Shown piece by piece: positions 11,730 through 24,559 of a DNA stretch of 64,000 bases. Position 1 is the stretch's first letter, and each line of letters starts with the position of its first letter. The translations under genes were made by a program, and so were the position numbers. Source of the DNA: Octopus vulgaris (lineage: Eukaryota); contig OX597827.1 in assembly GCA_951406725.2 (NCBI GenBank), positions 83,018,001-83,082,000 on the forward strand, in the 5' to 3' direction. Below the pieces are notes generated by a model. The model ran no database searches and was not told the origin of the DNA. It worked only from the letters and a program-made list of their open reading frames with translations.

Positions 11730-14700
11730 TGTAACACCAGACCAACAGGTATTGCGTGAATTTAGAATTTCTCTCCTTTATATAAGTGATGGAGCAGAAG
11801 TCCTTGACTTCCACGTAAAACCGGAAGCTTCCAGAAAGGTCTCAAAAATTCTAGAAGCTCGAGGGAGATTACTCTTGTTACATCCCTTTTCCATTTTGCT
11901 TGCCATTGTAGCCACCAAGGGTCACTACTTATAAGATGGAGTACAGTTAATGAATTTGGACTCGCATCAGGGCTTCGATGTGCTTGCAGTAGAGAGCCAT
12001 GCATTCTGTGGCATAGAGGATGCGAGGGAGCACTGTAGACCTTTATTCTCAAGAAAGAGCCAAAAGCTTTTGCGACAGACTGTATGCTCCTCTCCTCTTT
12101 GAGGCCAGAAGAATTGGTACAAGTCACTGAGCTGCTCAGATAAGTAAAAGCCTCCGTGTACTTCAGGGGACTCCCTTTGGCTAAGGCTATCTCGATCTAT
12201 TAGGACATGTTGCTAGAGCAGCTCAGTCTTCAAAGTGTTGATCTTGAGACCAAACATGTCAACTGACCCACAATGGTGTTGCTGGTCCTCAATGCTGCTG
12301 GCCACGTAAACTGAGCAGCTTCTTGATAAAGATTTCCCTGATTTTAGTGGAGACTCGAAGACAGGCTCAATTGAAGAGCTTCCCATCTGTTCTGGTGCAG
12401 ATGAAGCCCTGCCTTGTGCAGATTGACCCTCAATGGTATTAAACAAGCACAGCTACGAGGCAAAGAGAAGGAGGTAAGCACATACCCCCTGCTTCACACC
12501 ATGGCTGATTGTAAAAGCTTCACAAAATCTCTGCCAACTAAGACTAGCTTTTTCGTTCCCGTGTGGAACTGTTGTCAAGCTTCTCAGAGCATCCATAGAT
12601 CTCCAGCACTTCTCAAAGAGTTTCTCAGTCCACCGTGTCAAATGCCTTAGAAAAGTTCACAAAGAGAAGGTTGGTGTTGCTCCACTGCCTTCACTTGCTG
12701 TGTGAAGATCATGTCTATGGTTGACCTCCCCAGCCTTGGAGCCACATTGACTTTCTGCTAAGACCTGCTCTCAGATGTTTTTCAACTGGTTCACAATGAT
12801 CTTCACCAGCCCCTTGCCAGCAAAGGCCAACAGAAATGTTGCGCAGATTCCCACATTCCACTTGATTTCATCTTTTTTTTTTTTATAAATGGTAATTTTC
12901 AGGCGCTTGCTCCTTTCATCCATCTCTGATGCTCTGGAGGTTGGTGTGTAGTTTGCCCCCATCTACTGACTTAAATGGTGCCACTGCATCACTCCTGGGG
13001 TCATAGATGGCTTTAAGTTCTGTAAACAGCTTGTGGTAGTCGGACTTGTTGGCCATGCTCTACAAAGCTGCTGCCTGTCTGCGCCACCAGCCATTCTTCA
13101 ATAACCTCACTTCGCTCCGTACTTTGAACTTGATCTCAACAAAAGAGGTCCTGTTCTTCTTAGAGTTCTCCCGCAGATGTCACTGATGCAGGCATTGCTT
13201 TTCCTCTTGCTGCTTGTGGATCTCCTCTGTGTTCACAGAACCAACCAGGTATTTTACACTTGGGTCACCTTAGCGGTAGAGAAGACTGCCTTCTTTTATA
13301 CCTGCCAATTCTCCTTAATGCCATTCAGTTCATCTGCACAGAATCTCATATTCTCAGTTGCAGCCTTGATAGCAGCAGTCAACTGCTGACAGTGTTCTGC
13401 ACTTGCTAGCTTGCTTGTGTCCAGCTTCTCTTGCTTTGCACAGATTGGGGTCTTCAGGACGGAGTAATTCTGCATCTAATCTGATTCCTCACAACGTAGT
13501 GGTCAGTCGAGTATTCTGCTCTATGCAAGGCCTTCATACACTGGATCTCCTACAGCCCAGTCTTCTGGGTAATGACTAGTCCAGCAGATGACAGTGGCCA
13601 GAGCAAGGGTGCTTCCATTTAGAATAATTCTTGTCAGGCTGATCAAAGAACATATTGGTGGCACACAGCTCTTGCTGCATATAGAAGTTTGGCAGGAAGT
13701 TTCCATTGGAATTATTTTGCCTTTACTAAACTTGCCTTGCTGCCTGCACAGGTCTTACAGTCTACTCCCACCCTGGTGTTGAAGTAATCTCTAATAAACA
13801 ATTTGTCTTGTTAAAGAACTTTGCCTACAATCCGTGTCAACTCTTGGTAGAATGCTTCTTTCTTCTCCTCCAGATTAGCTCATTGTTGGAGCATAGACAT
13901 TGACGAAGGCCAGACGTCAGTTATTCATGATTGGCATCCGTAGGGTCATCATCCTCTCTGAGATGGCTGATGGGGAGAAAGGTAGCCTTTTGGCAGTCTT
14001 GTTGGTAACAGAAGTCACACTTGCGTCTCTGTCTTCCCAACCCAGAAGAAGGTGGTGTAACCCTCTTCTTGCAACTGGCCATGCTTTTCAGTCCTGGTCT
14101 GCTTACATCATACCAGTGTGCTTCTTTTGAAACTAGGGCTGTCCTCTGCTCGGGTGTGGAGCTTCTATCGAGCACATTCTACATCGCTTCAGTCATCTTC
14201 ATTTTCTTGCAGCTTCTACCACTGAAATGAAGTTCCACTGGCCACAGTGAATCAGCCAGATTTCGTTCAGAGTGTAGGAACATATATACGAGCATACGTA
14301 AGGAGGTTGGTGACAAGGTCTCCTCTTGTACGCCGCACGGTCACATCCTAACAAATTAATAAGATAAGCCATAATACATGGATATATTATTATACAGTGC
14401 TAAAGGAAATGAATGAAGGACGCCAAGCCGTTCTGTTGTTTGAGAGAGAAGATAGACTTTACTCACAGTGTACAAAGTGAGTTGTGGTTACTAGCGTAGT
14501 GTTGTGGTATGAATGCATGCATATAGTATTTGTGTTTGTGTGTGCGACAGAAGGTACAGATAAAGGTGCATGCGAATACAACAGAAATACAGAGCATAAG
14601 AGAAGTCTCAGCATATTGAGTTAAGATAGAGTTAGTTTACCAGTTCATGTGGTACACGATAATAAGTTCTATAACAAGATTTGGGTCCCGAAGCGGAGAC

Positions 14701-15620
14701 TAGTTGAGTCAGTTGTTGTGCAGGTTTCTCTTGGTAAAGATTGTTCTTTCAGATATATATACTGCAACTGTTTTTCCGTGGTGAAGGTTTCACACAGACA
14801 GCGTGAGTTGAATCTGTGTAGTTGTGTTGTGTACAAGTTGAAATCGACGGAGATGTGGACGACGTTGGTGATGAGGTTCTGTCTGTCGCTGGTATACAAT
14901 AGCGTCTTCATAGTATGGTTGGCTGGCTGTCGTCTGTTGTTCGAACTGGGACATGGCTGAGTAGCTCTGTGGTCTCCAACTAGATCTTAGATGGTCTAAA
15001 GCCGAAAGATGATGAATTGTGTGAAAATACTAGCTTATTTAAGGAGTGAAGATGCCTCAATTGAAAGATCCTATCTGAAGGCCGTGATTGGTCAGTTTAC
15101 ACACTGGTGTGAAATAAGTAGAGAGACAGACCACGCTAGGTGCTAACCAATCAGATCAGTGGACACAAAAGGGTTAAACTAGCCAAAGATGGTTGTAATC
15201 TCAAACAAGATCATTCCTAATGTTTTTCTCAAACAGTGAAGATAGCAATATTGCTACAAGAGCATGCCTTTTTTACTCCACCTTTTCTAGAGGTTTCCCT
15301 CTTCCAGAGCAGGCAGTGCTCCCTGAAAAGGGCTGCCTGGATACTTACACCATTGTCTCAGTCTGGTCCTAACTGCGGCTGTTGAGAGTAAGATGCTTAT
15401 ATGCAGAGCTCTTGCTCAAAGCTCCCACTTGGTTACACCTGCTGCTGTCACACTCCTGTGTTACATTCACCCTTCTCTGAACAAAATGCCTCAGGTAGTG
15501 AATGAGGCAGTTGACGTCATCTCCCCACCAGACTGCCACTCTGGGCCTCCACAAGTGGTGTACAAGAGTGCAACAAGCATACTTGATGATAAAGCTGTCC
15601 CACAGTAGCAGCTCACTTGC
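11730..15620 (-). mobile_element. Degenerate RTE-clade LINE (5' UTR, APE and RT remnants), split by a solo LTR
   Basis: MLDRSSTPEQRTALVSKE (RTE endonuclease start), GRSTIDMIFTA and FTISHGVKQG; many disruptions; boundaries approximate. Confidence 0.8.
14273..15258. mobile_element. Solo LTR (986 bp), Gypsy-like
   Basis: TG...CA ends with imperfect inverted termini (tgtaggaacat / atattgctaca); exact 4-bp TSD AGAG at 14269-72 and 15259-62; no recognisable coding sequence. Confidence 0.8.
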
Positions 15621-15849
15621 TAGTTGATGCCACCCCGATCTATGGACAGAAAGGGCAACTTGCTCTTCCTTTTATGGTCTGCCACTGATGTGGGTGCAGA
15701 ATGATTATTTAAACTAAAGAAATAACAGGGAACATTAGATAATGCGGTCTGGGATGCACAAAGACTTGATGGTCATTGGTGGAAAGCTTTTGACAATAAA
15801 TCTGCTGAATAAGAGCTGAATTTAGAAACAAAGGCATTAAGAAAACAGG

Positions 15850-17010
15850 TTCAAATGAGAATATTTTTATTTCCAACAGTAATGAGGAGGTGACCCCATT
15901 GAGCTCTAACAGATACGAGGCAGCCCGTTCCGATGGATGTAACCCTCGCATCAATGCTTCTGTGCCTGCTGATATATTTGCCACTAAACACTATGAAGCT
16001 ATTGACGTATTTAGCTCTAAAATGAAATCGCCTCTCAGTACATATTTACTTCTAATGGCAATGAGGTTACCAATGTTTACATACTTAACTCTAAAAGCAA
16101 TGAATTTGCCCCAGAGGACATATTTCACTGTGACAGCCATGACTTTGCCTCTGTCGACATATTCAGCTCCAGCAGCAAGGGGGACACCTCTGTCGACATA
16201 TTTACTTCTGACAACAATGAGGCTGCTACAGTTGGACATTTTTAGATCAACCATCAATGATGCTGGGGCCCTATGGAGATATCTAGCTCCAACAGCAATG
16301 AACCTATACTTGTTGAGATATTTACCTCTGATATGGACATATTTACCTCTAATGTCAATGAGGCTGATTCTGCGAATATATATGCCTTTAATATGAGTAT
16401 GTTCCACTGGACATTTAGAGGTCAAATAGATATTGCATTGCCCCAAAGGGCATATTTCCCATTTAGAGCAATGAGGCTGGCAATGTGAACACAGCTGTAA
16501 GGGCAATGAGGAAACCTTTCTGAACGCACTTACATCTGACACAGGCTGTCTGCATGTTTAACATGTTTCACACTAAGATGAAGTTCCCATGTGGGTATAT
16601 TCAGATCAAGCAGAAATGAGCTGTCGCTGTGGACATACCCCTAACAGCAATGAGACTGCCTCTGTGGATGTATTTAGCTGTAGCTGAACTGAATAGCATT
16701 TGTTAACTTATTTAGCTCTGACAACAATGAAACTGCCCCTGTATACATACCACTAACGCTAATGAGGCTGCCCTGTAGATATAATTACATCTAACAGACA
16801 TGTGATGTTGCTATGATAATATTTAGCCCAAACAATAAGGCTGTCCCTCTAGACATATTTTGCTCAAATAGCAATATGCCTGCCCCTGTGGACATAAATA
16901 TACAAAAGACACGAACTGCCCCACTGGACATATTCAACTCCAATGGCAATGAGGCTGGACTTGTGGACATATCACTAAAAAAAGTCAAATGAAGCTGCTC
17001 CACTTAAAAT
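15850..17010 (+). repeat. Diverged 39-bp tandem array, roughly 28-30 units; consensus about agcaatgaggctgcctctgtggacatatttagctctaac
   Basis: Recurrent gcaatga...gacatatt at 39-bp spacing in the regular part (16038-16210); indels elsewhere. Confidence 0.85.
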
Positions 17011-17269
17011 CTCTCCTTTCGACAAGCATGAGATCGCTCAATTGTGTTGTTGTTTAGCTCAGTGTCAATTCTGATTGAATAATATCAGAATTAATCCTTT
17101 CTCAGTCATGCTTCCCTCTGTTGATTGCAGACGGAACCTCAATATCCTAGATATATATAGATGTCTCTCTCTTTTTATTATTTTTATTATCAAGATATGG
17201 TTTAAGTTGAATTTATTATTTCTAGCTCATTCAATTAAATCACAATCAAATGGAAATTGTAGTTGTGGC

Positions 17270-17598
17270 CAATACCTGTGCTGGTGGCACGCAATAAGCA
17301 CCAGTCATGCATGGGTCGCTGCCAGTGCCACCTGACTAGCTCCCTGTGCAGGTGGCACATAAAAAGCACCATCCAAACGTGGCCAATGCCAGTGCTGCCT
17401 GACTGGCCCCTGTGCCGGTTGCATGTAAAAAGCACCTACTACACTCTGAGTGGTTGGCATTAGGAAGGGCATCCAGCTGTAAAAACTTTGCCAGACCAGA
17501 GTGGGGCCTGGTGCAGCCTCTGGCTCGCCAGTCCTCAGTCAAACTGTCCAACCCATGCCAGCATGGAAAACGGACATTAAACGATGATGATGATGATA
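17270..17598 (+). mobile_element. Octopod SINE or RTE-tail repeat ending in (GAT)n
   Basis: gagtggttggcattaggaagggcatccagctgt...aaacggacattaaacgatgatgat; homologous copies near 22.1, 39.8, 42.7 and 45.1 kb. Confidence 0.8.
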
Positions 17599-17604
17599 GT
17601 TTCT

Positions 17605-18000
17605 GAGGCAACTTTTTCACATTTCCATATTCTTTCTTCCTCTGAGTTTGTGATATGCAGAGATGGATTCTGCCTTCCGTTGTGCAGTGCAACTGCTTTC
17701 AGGCTTCTTGCTGCAATGTCTATTAAAAGTCGCCATTCTTTTGAGTCCTGATCAATTCCAAGAGCTACAAACAAGCCATTTATATCTTTGCAGACACACA
17801 GAGCTTCACAAATATCAAACTATACTTGGAATTTCTCGTCATTTCCTCCTCCAATAAATCCCATTCGTTCAGCCTCGATGCTAAAAGTTCAGCTGCTGAT
17901 TCGGTGTTCATAGCAACAGTCGATGGTGGAGAGGAAAACGAAGATCATCTTCGGAATTGGTGCAAAAATTTGTATAATAGAAAATTAGAATGAACAAAAC
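17605..18000 (-). mobile_element. DNA transposase fragment (IS630/Tc1/mariner-related, tentatively m44/ISRm11-like)
   Basis: SAAELLASRLNEWDLL and EWRLLIDIAARSLKAVALHNG motifs, familiar from a widespread invertebrate transposase; subfamily uncertain. Confidence 0.65.
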
Positions 18001-18126
18001 TTATTCCAAATTTTGTAGCATTGAGTTATTGATGAAAAATCAATACCAGATCGATGATTATTGATGTCAGTCAACATGCTAGAAACAAGACAAATTTTGC
18101 AAAAATCCTTTGAGAGGGTTTTATAT

Positions 18127-18628
18127 AGTATGTATGTGTATATATGTGTGTATGTGTATATATGTATGTGTGTGTATATATGTATATGTGTGTGTATATA
18201 TGTATATGTGTGTATATATGTATATGTGTGTATATATGTATATGTGTGTATATGTGTATGTGTGTATATATGTATATGTGTGTGTGTATATATGTATGTG
18301 TGTGTGTATATATGTATATGTGTGTGTGTATATATGTATGTGTATATATGTATATGTGTGTGTATATGTATATGTGTGTGTATATGTATATGTGTGTGTA
18401 TATGTATATATGTGTGTATATATATATATATGTGTGTGTGTGTGTATATATATGTGTGTGTATATATATATGTGTGTGTGTATATATATATGTATGTATA
18501 TGTGTGTGTGTGTATATATGTATGTATGTGTGTGTGTGTATATATGTATGTATATGTGTGTGTATATATGTATGTATGTGTGTGTGTGTATATGTATATG
18601 TGTGTGTGTGTGTATATATATATGTATA

Positions 18629-18661
<33 letters not shown>

Positions 18662-18684
18662 GTGAGTGTGTGTATATATATATA

Positions 18685-18728
<44 letters not shown>
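18127..18728. repeat. Compound (TG)/(TA) microsatellite
   Basis: Direct reading. Confidence 0.97.
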
Positions 18729-18729
<1 letters not shown>

Positions 18730-19973
18730 CAGTCGTAGATAACAGGTAGAAGAGCATGATTTGGCTGAAATGTTTTGGAACATAGGTTTATGGACTGAGA
18801 AGGTAACCAAGGGTTTAATCTCAAGTGATGGAACAATGTGCGATCACTCTACATGCTAAAAATAGCAGCCAATCATTGATTCACAAACTGGAAACCTAGG
18901 AGAACAATGTTTCTGAAGAAGGAAAGAGTGGCCACAGCATGGATGCTTTTGATGATGGCTACTTACCGAGGGTTAAATAATAGCAACAGAGACATATGTG
19001 TTGCAGACGTCAGCTATGAACTTTTAATGTTCTTCCTTTCTAAATGTTACAGACCGATGTTACTGCTATTTCTAGCAAGTGGAAGAATCAGGAAAACGTG
19101 CTTAGTGCACAAGGGAGATAACTGTAGGCATCTAAGGGAGGTAACTCTAAACGTTCCAGCAAGAATGAATGAAGGTGATGGTTCTTTGGTTTTGCCCGGT
19201 CAGGGTTAGGAGGGAGCTTAATTAGGGGCTGGAATTGAGTAATTGCTGACACTGAATCAATTACGTTAATTAGCTGATGATGCTCGAGGCACGTAGAATA
19301 AAATATGTGGGTACAATCTTACGTAACACATCCGTGTACATGGCGGGAGAAATAGTTTTGGGAGATTAAAGTCAAACAGATCGTAAAAGACGTGTGGGTG
19401 TGTATTTACGTAGTGTATATAATATATATATATAATGTGTGTGCATATATTTATGTAGTGCGTCTGTATATTCATACATATACGTGAATATATCTATGTA
19501 GTGTGTATATATATGTATGTATGTATGTATATATATACACGTGTATAAATTTATGTAGTGTGTATGTATAAACATATATAGATTTATGTGTGTGTGTATA
19601 TAAACGTGTATATATTTTCGTATGGTCCTGTATATTCGTGCGTGTATGGTCAGATGAGTGAGTAATATTAGAGAATGACTGCAATTCTGCAAGAACCAAG
19701 CCTTTTCCTGATCAACATGTACAGAAACCTGTGAAATATGCTTGTACATGCACAAATTATTTATACACACCATATGTGCATATATAGGTGGGTGTAGATG
19801 GTGTTTATATTACGGGTGTGGTGTATGTCCTTATCAAGGCTTCCACATATTGTTGGCAAATAATCTTTACTCTTGAGTACTTTCACTGAATGTTTCTCGT
19901 TCAGAGATTTAGAAATAATAATTGTTCGAAAATATAAGGACGTAAGTAGTGCGTCGATAGCCACCTGGAGACC

Positions 19974-20019
<46 letters not shown>

Positions 20020-20027
20020 CACACACA

Positions 20028-21242
20028 CAGGGTGCGATGAATAAATTTTCGTCTAAATTATGAAAATAATACTGACATCTCATTTTAACAGATATATTTA
20101 CCAAAATTACACAAAAATATCTTGAAATACTAAAGAGTAAATTTATTCAATAAAATCGTCATGCCCTCATCAACCATGGCCTCCAGGCGACTTCAGAATC
20201 TCCTGCAACTCTTCTGGACAATCCCTTGTCTAAGCTGGTGAATGCTGCCATAATCCTTGCCTTCAGTTCATCTTTGGTGTTACAAGGAGTTTTGTTGGTC
20301 TCTCACTCAACTGTGTCCCACTCATAATAATCAAGGGGGTTGTAGTCTGTGGAGTTAGGTGGTCAGATGTTAGGGGGTGGTCGCAGAAATTGTCTGACAG
20401 CCATGACTGGGTTCTCCTGCTTGTGTGGCATGGTGCAGAGTCCTGTTGCCAGACATAGGGTCTTCCTCTTGGCCTAGGACAGCACTATCTCCTTCAGGCA
20501 CTTGATGTAGGCCTCCATGTTGAGTCTGAGGCCACGAAACACCATGCTATTGACTGGATATTTGATTTTTATCGTTATCATTATCAGTACTTGTTTTGGG
20601 GACGCAGCAAAAGCCAAGGGTTGTTCTGTGTGTTCCCCATCTGATCTTGGTGGAAATTTTTCTCATCTGAGAAAAAAAACAAAAGCATCTTCAGTTGGAG
20701 GGAATACTTGGGTTTGTTGAAAAGCTTCGTAGCATGGTCTTTCCTCTTGTCCTTGGTGGCTTGGGATAAAAATTTGCCCTTTCTCATCTTTTATGAGGAA
20801 TACCTAATATATTAATGCCTGATAAGAAACTCAGACACTCCCATGTCCCTGGCGATGGACCTGATTGACTTGGAGAGATCGTTGGCCTGGATCTCACCAA
20901 CAAATTCAGGAGTTCTTATCAGAACAATCAGAGTGGGTTTTCCAAGCTGCCCTACCTTTGCAATCACCATTAGACTCCTCCATCTCTTTCCGAATCCTCT
21001 GCACTGTTCTCAGATTGACACCAAAACACTCTGAAATGTTCGTACTGGAGCTTCTGGTGGGAATACCAAACAGTACAGCATGTCGTTTCCAAATTTCTGG
21101 CAGAGTGAATTGCGTCGTGGTACTGTTTTTCTCACAGATGGTGCCCAACTGACCCTACTATACTGTGTAGTCGACAAAATCCAAAACAAACAATGCACAT
21201 ACACAAAATTAAAAACCTAAATTGGTGTCAATTTACCCATTG
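20028..21242 (-). mobile_element. Degenerate maT/DD37D-type transposon
   Basis: FFSDEKNFHQDQ, WQQDSAPCHTSRRTQSWL and NSTDYNPLDYY motifs; HTH region; cagggtgcg terminus. Confidence 0.85.
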
Positions 21243-21250
21243 TATATTTA

Positions 21251-23237
21251 CAGGATGTGCAAGGTATTTGGGGACAAATTAATTTTTTTAGAAATGTAAC
21301 TTTATTAAGGAAAAACTTTGTATAGATAAACTAGGTTGTTTTCTCTATAATGTTATTCAATAAAGCCACCTTCAGCATCAGTAACTGCTTCTGTATGAGA
21401 TCTGAATCATCTCTACATGCCCAAATTAAATGCTCAGCCAAAGACAAGTGTAGGCTTGAAAGAAATGAGGCTAGTATGCTTTGCTGGGTGTGCAATGTCA
21501 GTTTGCATGTACGACAGAATGTCAGCATTTTGAGAGAAAAGTTTGGCATAAAAGGTATTGGATGTGGTGTGCAAGGGAGTTGACTGTACTGGTCTGGTCA
21601 TGCAATGCATCTGGACAAGGATAGCTGTGTAAAGAAGTGCCAAATTCTGTGGAGGGAATCTATGATAAAGGTAGACCCAGGAAGACAAAGGATGAGGTGG
21701 TGAAGCATGACCTTCAAACTTTGGGCCTCAGAGGCAATGATTAGGGACCAAGACCTTCGGCAATATATTGGGCTTGAGAGGACCAGTCAAACCAAGTGAA
21801 ATTGTAGTCGTGGCTGATGCAGGTGCCACGTAACTGGCACCTTTCAAGCATTGGGCCTTGAGGAAGCATGTAAAGCTTTTTTCGAGTGTTGGGCTTCACG
21901 GAGGCAATGTGGTGGATGACGGTGGCATGTGAAAAGTTCTTTTCAAGTATTGGGCCTCACTGAGGTAATAACAAATGACCAAGACCATGGCATTATGTTG
22001 TGCTTGAGAAGAAGACCCATCAAGCCAAGTAAAATTGCAGTTGTGGCAGAAAGCAGTGTCACACAAATGGTACCCATGCCTGTAGCATGTAAAAGCACCC
22101 ATTACATTCTCAAAGTGGCTGATGTTAGGAAGGGCATTCAGCCATAGAAACCATACTAAATCAGACCGGAGTCTGTGCCAGCCCTGGTCAAACCGTCCAA
22201 CCTATGACCAACGAACTTTAAATGATGATGGTTCCTATTGTATATCAGCTTTCAAAGAATCTTTGGTGTTGTGCGGATGGTGATTAACCACTCAACAACA
22301 CTCCACACATATTAGTCAAATGGATTGAGATCTGGTGAGTTTGGAGGTCAAATGTTAGGGATTATAGGGTCATGAAGTTTCTCAATCATCCATTATGGGG
22401 TTGCTTGAGCCTTACATGATAGTGCAGAGTCCTGCTGAAACCTGTGTGCCCTTCCATTATATACTCTATCCACCCAGGGGGCATGACAACTGTTTCTGGG
22501 ATCTCAATGTAGCCAGCAGAGTTAACTCTAAGGCCCTGGGGAAAGAAGTGTGACAACTCCAAAAACCATGACAGTTGCAGGAAAGTTTGTGTACCTACCT
22601 ATTGGAACTTAAGAAGTGCCTGAATAAAATCATTTCACCAGGACGCGAAGATTAGCAGAGAAAAATGACAAAGTTTTTCTCATCTGAGAAAAACCAAATT
22701 ATGTCAGATTCTGCACTTTGTTTAAAAGCCTTTTAAATCTGAAACAAACAATCTTCCTTTGTTTTTGTTCTTTCTGATATGTCTTGACCGCTTCTCATCA
22801 CAAGATTTGTGCTGGATGTCTTCGTGGACAACATTTCTGTCTGTCCTTTCTGACACATGGAGATCTTTTGCAGCTGAACTCATGGAGTTTTGGGGAATTC
22901 CATCAAGGATCTGCTGAACTTGTCGAATAAATTCAGATGTTCTGAGGGTATCAGAGTGTTGGGGATACATTTTGCATTTCAATACTGGATGTACCTTTCC
23001 ATTTGAAGCTTCTAACTTCTTGAAAACTTTGTAGATAAAAAAACCCTGGTAACTTTGAAAAACTGATTGATCTCTAAATTGCTGTGCTCAGCTTTTAAGG
23101 CCACAATTACAGCAAACCTCTTCATTTCTTGAGTAAGCTGAGTGTCTGCCATTATTATTTTCTGAAATATTCATGACATAAAACTGATTTAAAAACAGTA
23201 AAAATTACAAAGTGTTATGGTCTCAAATTGCACTCTG
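21251..23237 (-). mobile_element. Second degenerate maT/DD37D transposon with a nested RTE fragment
   Basis: WFFSDEKNF and QQDSA motifs; termini caggatgtgc / gcactctg flanked by TA. Confidence 0.7.
21363..22232 (+). mobile_element. 3' fragment of an RTE-type LINE ending in the SINE-shared (GAT)n tail
   Basis: RLERNEASMLCWVCNVSLHVRQNVSILREKFGI, followed by the shared tail. Confidence 0.75.
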
Positions 23238-23289
<52 letters not shown>

Positions 23290-23291
<2 letters not shown>

Positions 23292-23851
23292 GCCAGTTCT
23301 GCTCTACCAGTCATTCACTACAACACCTGTGTATGTTTGGTGTGTCTTTGCACAGGGGCCATCAAGACTCCTGCCTTCGCCGTGAACAGGTATTAATCTT
23401 TTCTCTTCGCTCCTTTGCGTCACATGGGCTCAACTCCCCCCTCTCATCATTTGACACCTACTTCCTCTCTTCACCCCTACCCACCTCCTCTCTTGATACC
23501 CCCTCACACACACACCACTATATGAGCAGCCACATGCTACAGACCCACGCACACACACGTCACCAGCCCGCCCCTTCACACACATGCACCTTTTCTTGTT
23601 GGGATCACCATCACTTTATTATCTCCCTTTCTTCCAAACTTTCTTCTAATCAATCATCATGCTTGATTGCCAAATCTACAGGTCTTTTTTTTGTTTCATT
23701 CTCTCTCTCTTTATTTTCTCTTATTCCTTTCTGTTGAAGAGCAGAGGCTCAATACGTAAAAGACTTTTTCAGTTTCCCAAGTGTCATACTTATACACCAG
23801 CTTGTTGTTCATACACCTGTCTTTGGCTTTTGTTTTTCTATAAATTTCAAC

Positions 23852-23870
<19 letters not shown>
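23290..23870 (+). mobile_element. Penelope-like element 3' fragment with a decayed hammerhead motif
   Basis: GIY-YIG C-terminal-like LRREQVLIFSLRSFASHGLN; ttgaagagcagaggctcaatacgta at ~23734-23758. Confidence 0.65.
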
Positions 23871-23905
<35 letters not shown>

Positions 23906-24559
23906 TATTTACATGTCTGTGTACGTGTAGATGTATTTGTATGCTCGTACATATATATATATGTGTGTGTGTGTATGCATGGTCCCTATTTTCAATTTGT
24001 GAAATGCTGAAGTGTCCTCTTTTTGAAAGAGTTGAAGGGGAGCCCACCCTTAGCAGGAAATCCACTCTTAAATGTGCCACAAGTTCTCACTTCCTCCATT
24101 TGCTGGAAATAAGGTTTTCATCAGATTTCATTTGTGTCCTTATAATCCTCTGGGAAAACACAAAACTTTAGTTATAGATTAAAAACTAAAGAAGCATTTC
24201 AATACAATGGCAGGCTGGCTTCAGAATGTATATTTGGAGTCTTAATCATTAGTCTTTAGTCTCACTAGCCTTTCTATGTTACAGATCTATTACCATACAC
24301 CTTCAAGATTTTCATTTCAAACATAGACTGGACCTCAAAAGTAGAGGAGGAAGCTGTTTTATTAAAACTAATATTTTCATGAGTGATGAAGGAAAGTAGA
24401 GGTGAGTGTGAATAAGACAAATGGATGTGTCATGCCAAACGATACCTGTTTTGCTGCTGTAATTCTTTCTACCAAAATGTTATCAAAGAACAGTGATGTT
24501 GTCCAAAAGACCCAGTCAGGTGGGCAGACGAAATACCTGGCATTATTTCCATTCCAATC

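Noticed and set aside
15850-17010. CRISPR-like appearance of the periodic array
   Set aside because: Units are contiguous and diverged along their whole length with no unique spacers; no cas genes; eukaryotic context.
19045-19328. Possible short solo LTR (tgttac...gtaaca with AATAAA) or hammerhead relic (ctgatga tgc tcgag gca)
   Set aside because: No target-site duplication and no GAAA; too weak to call.
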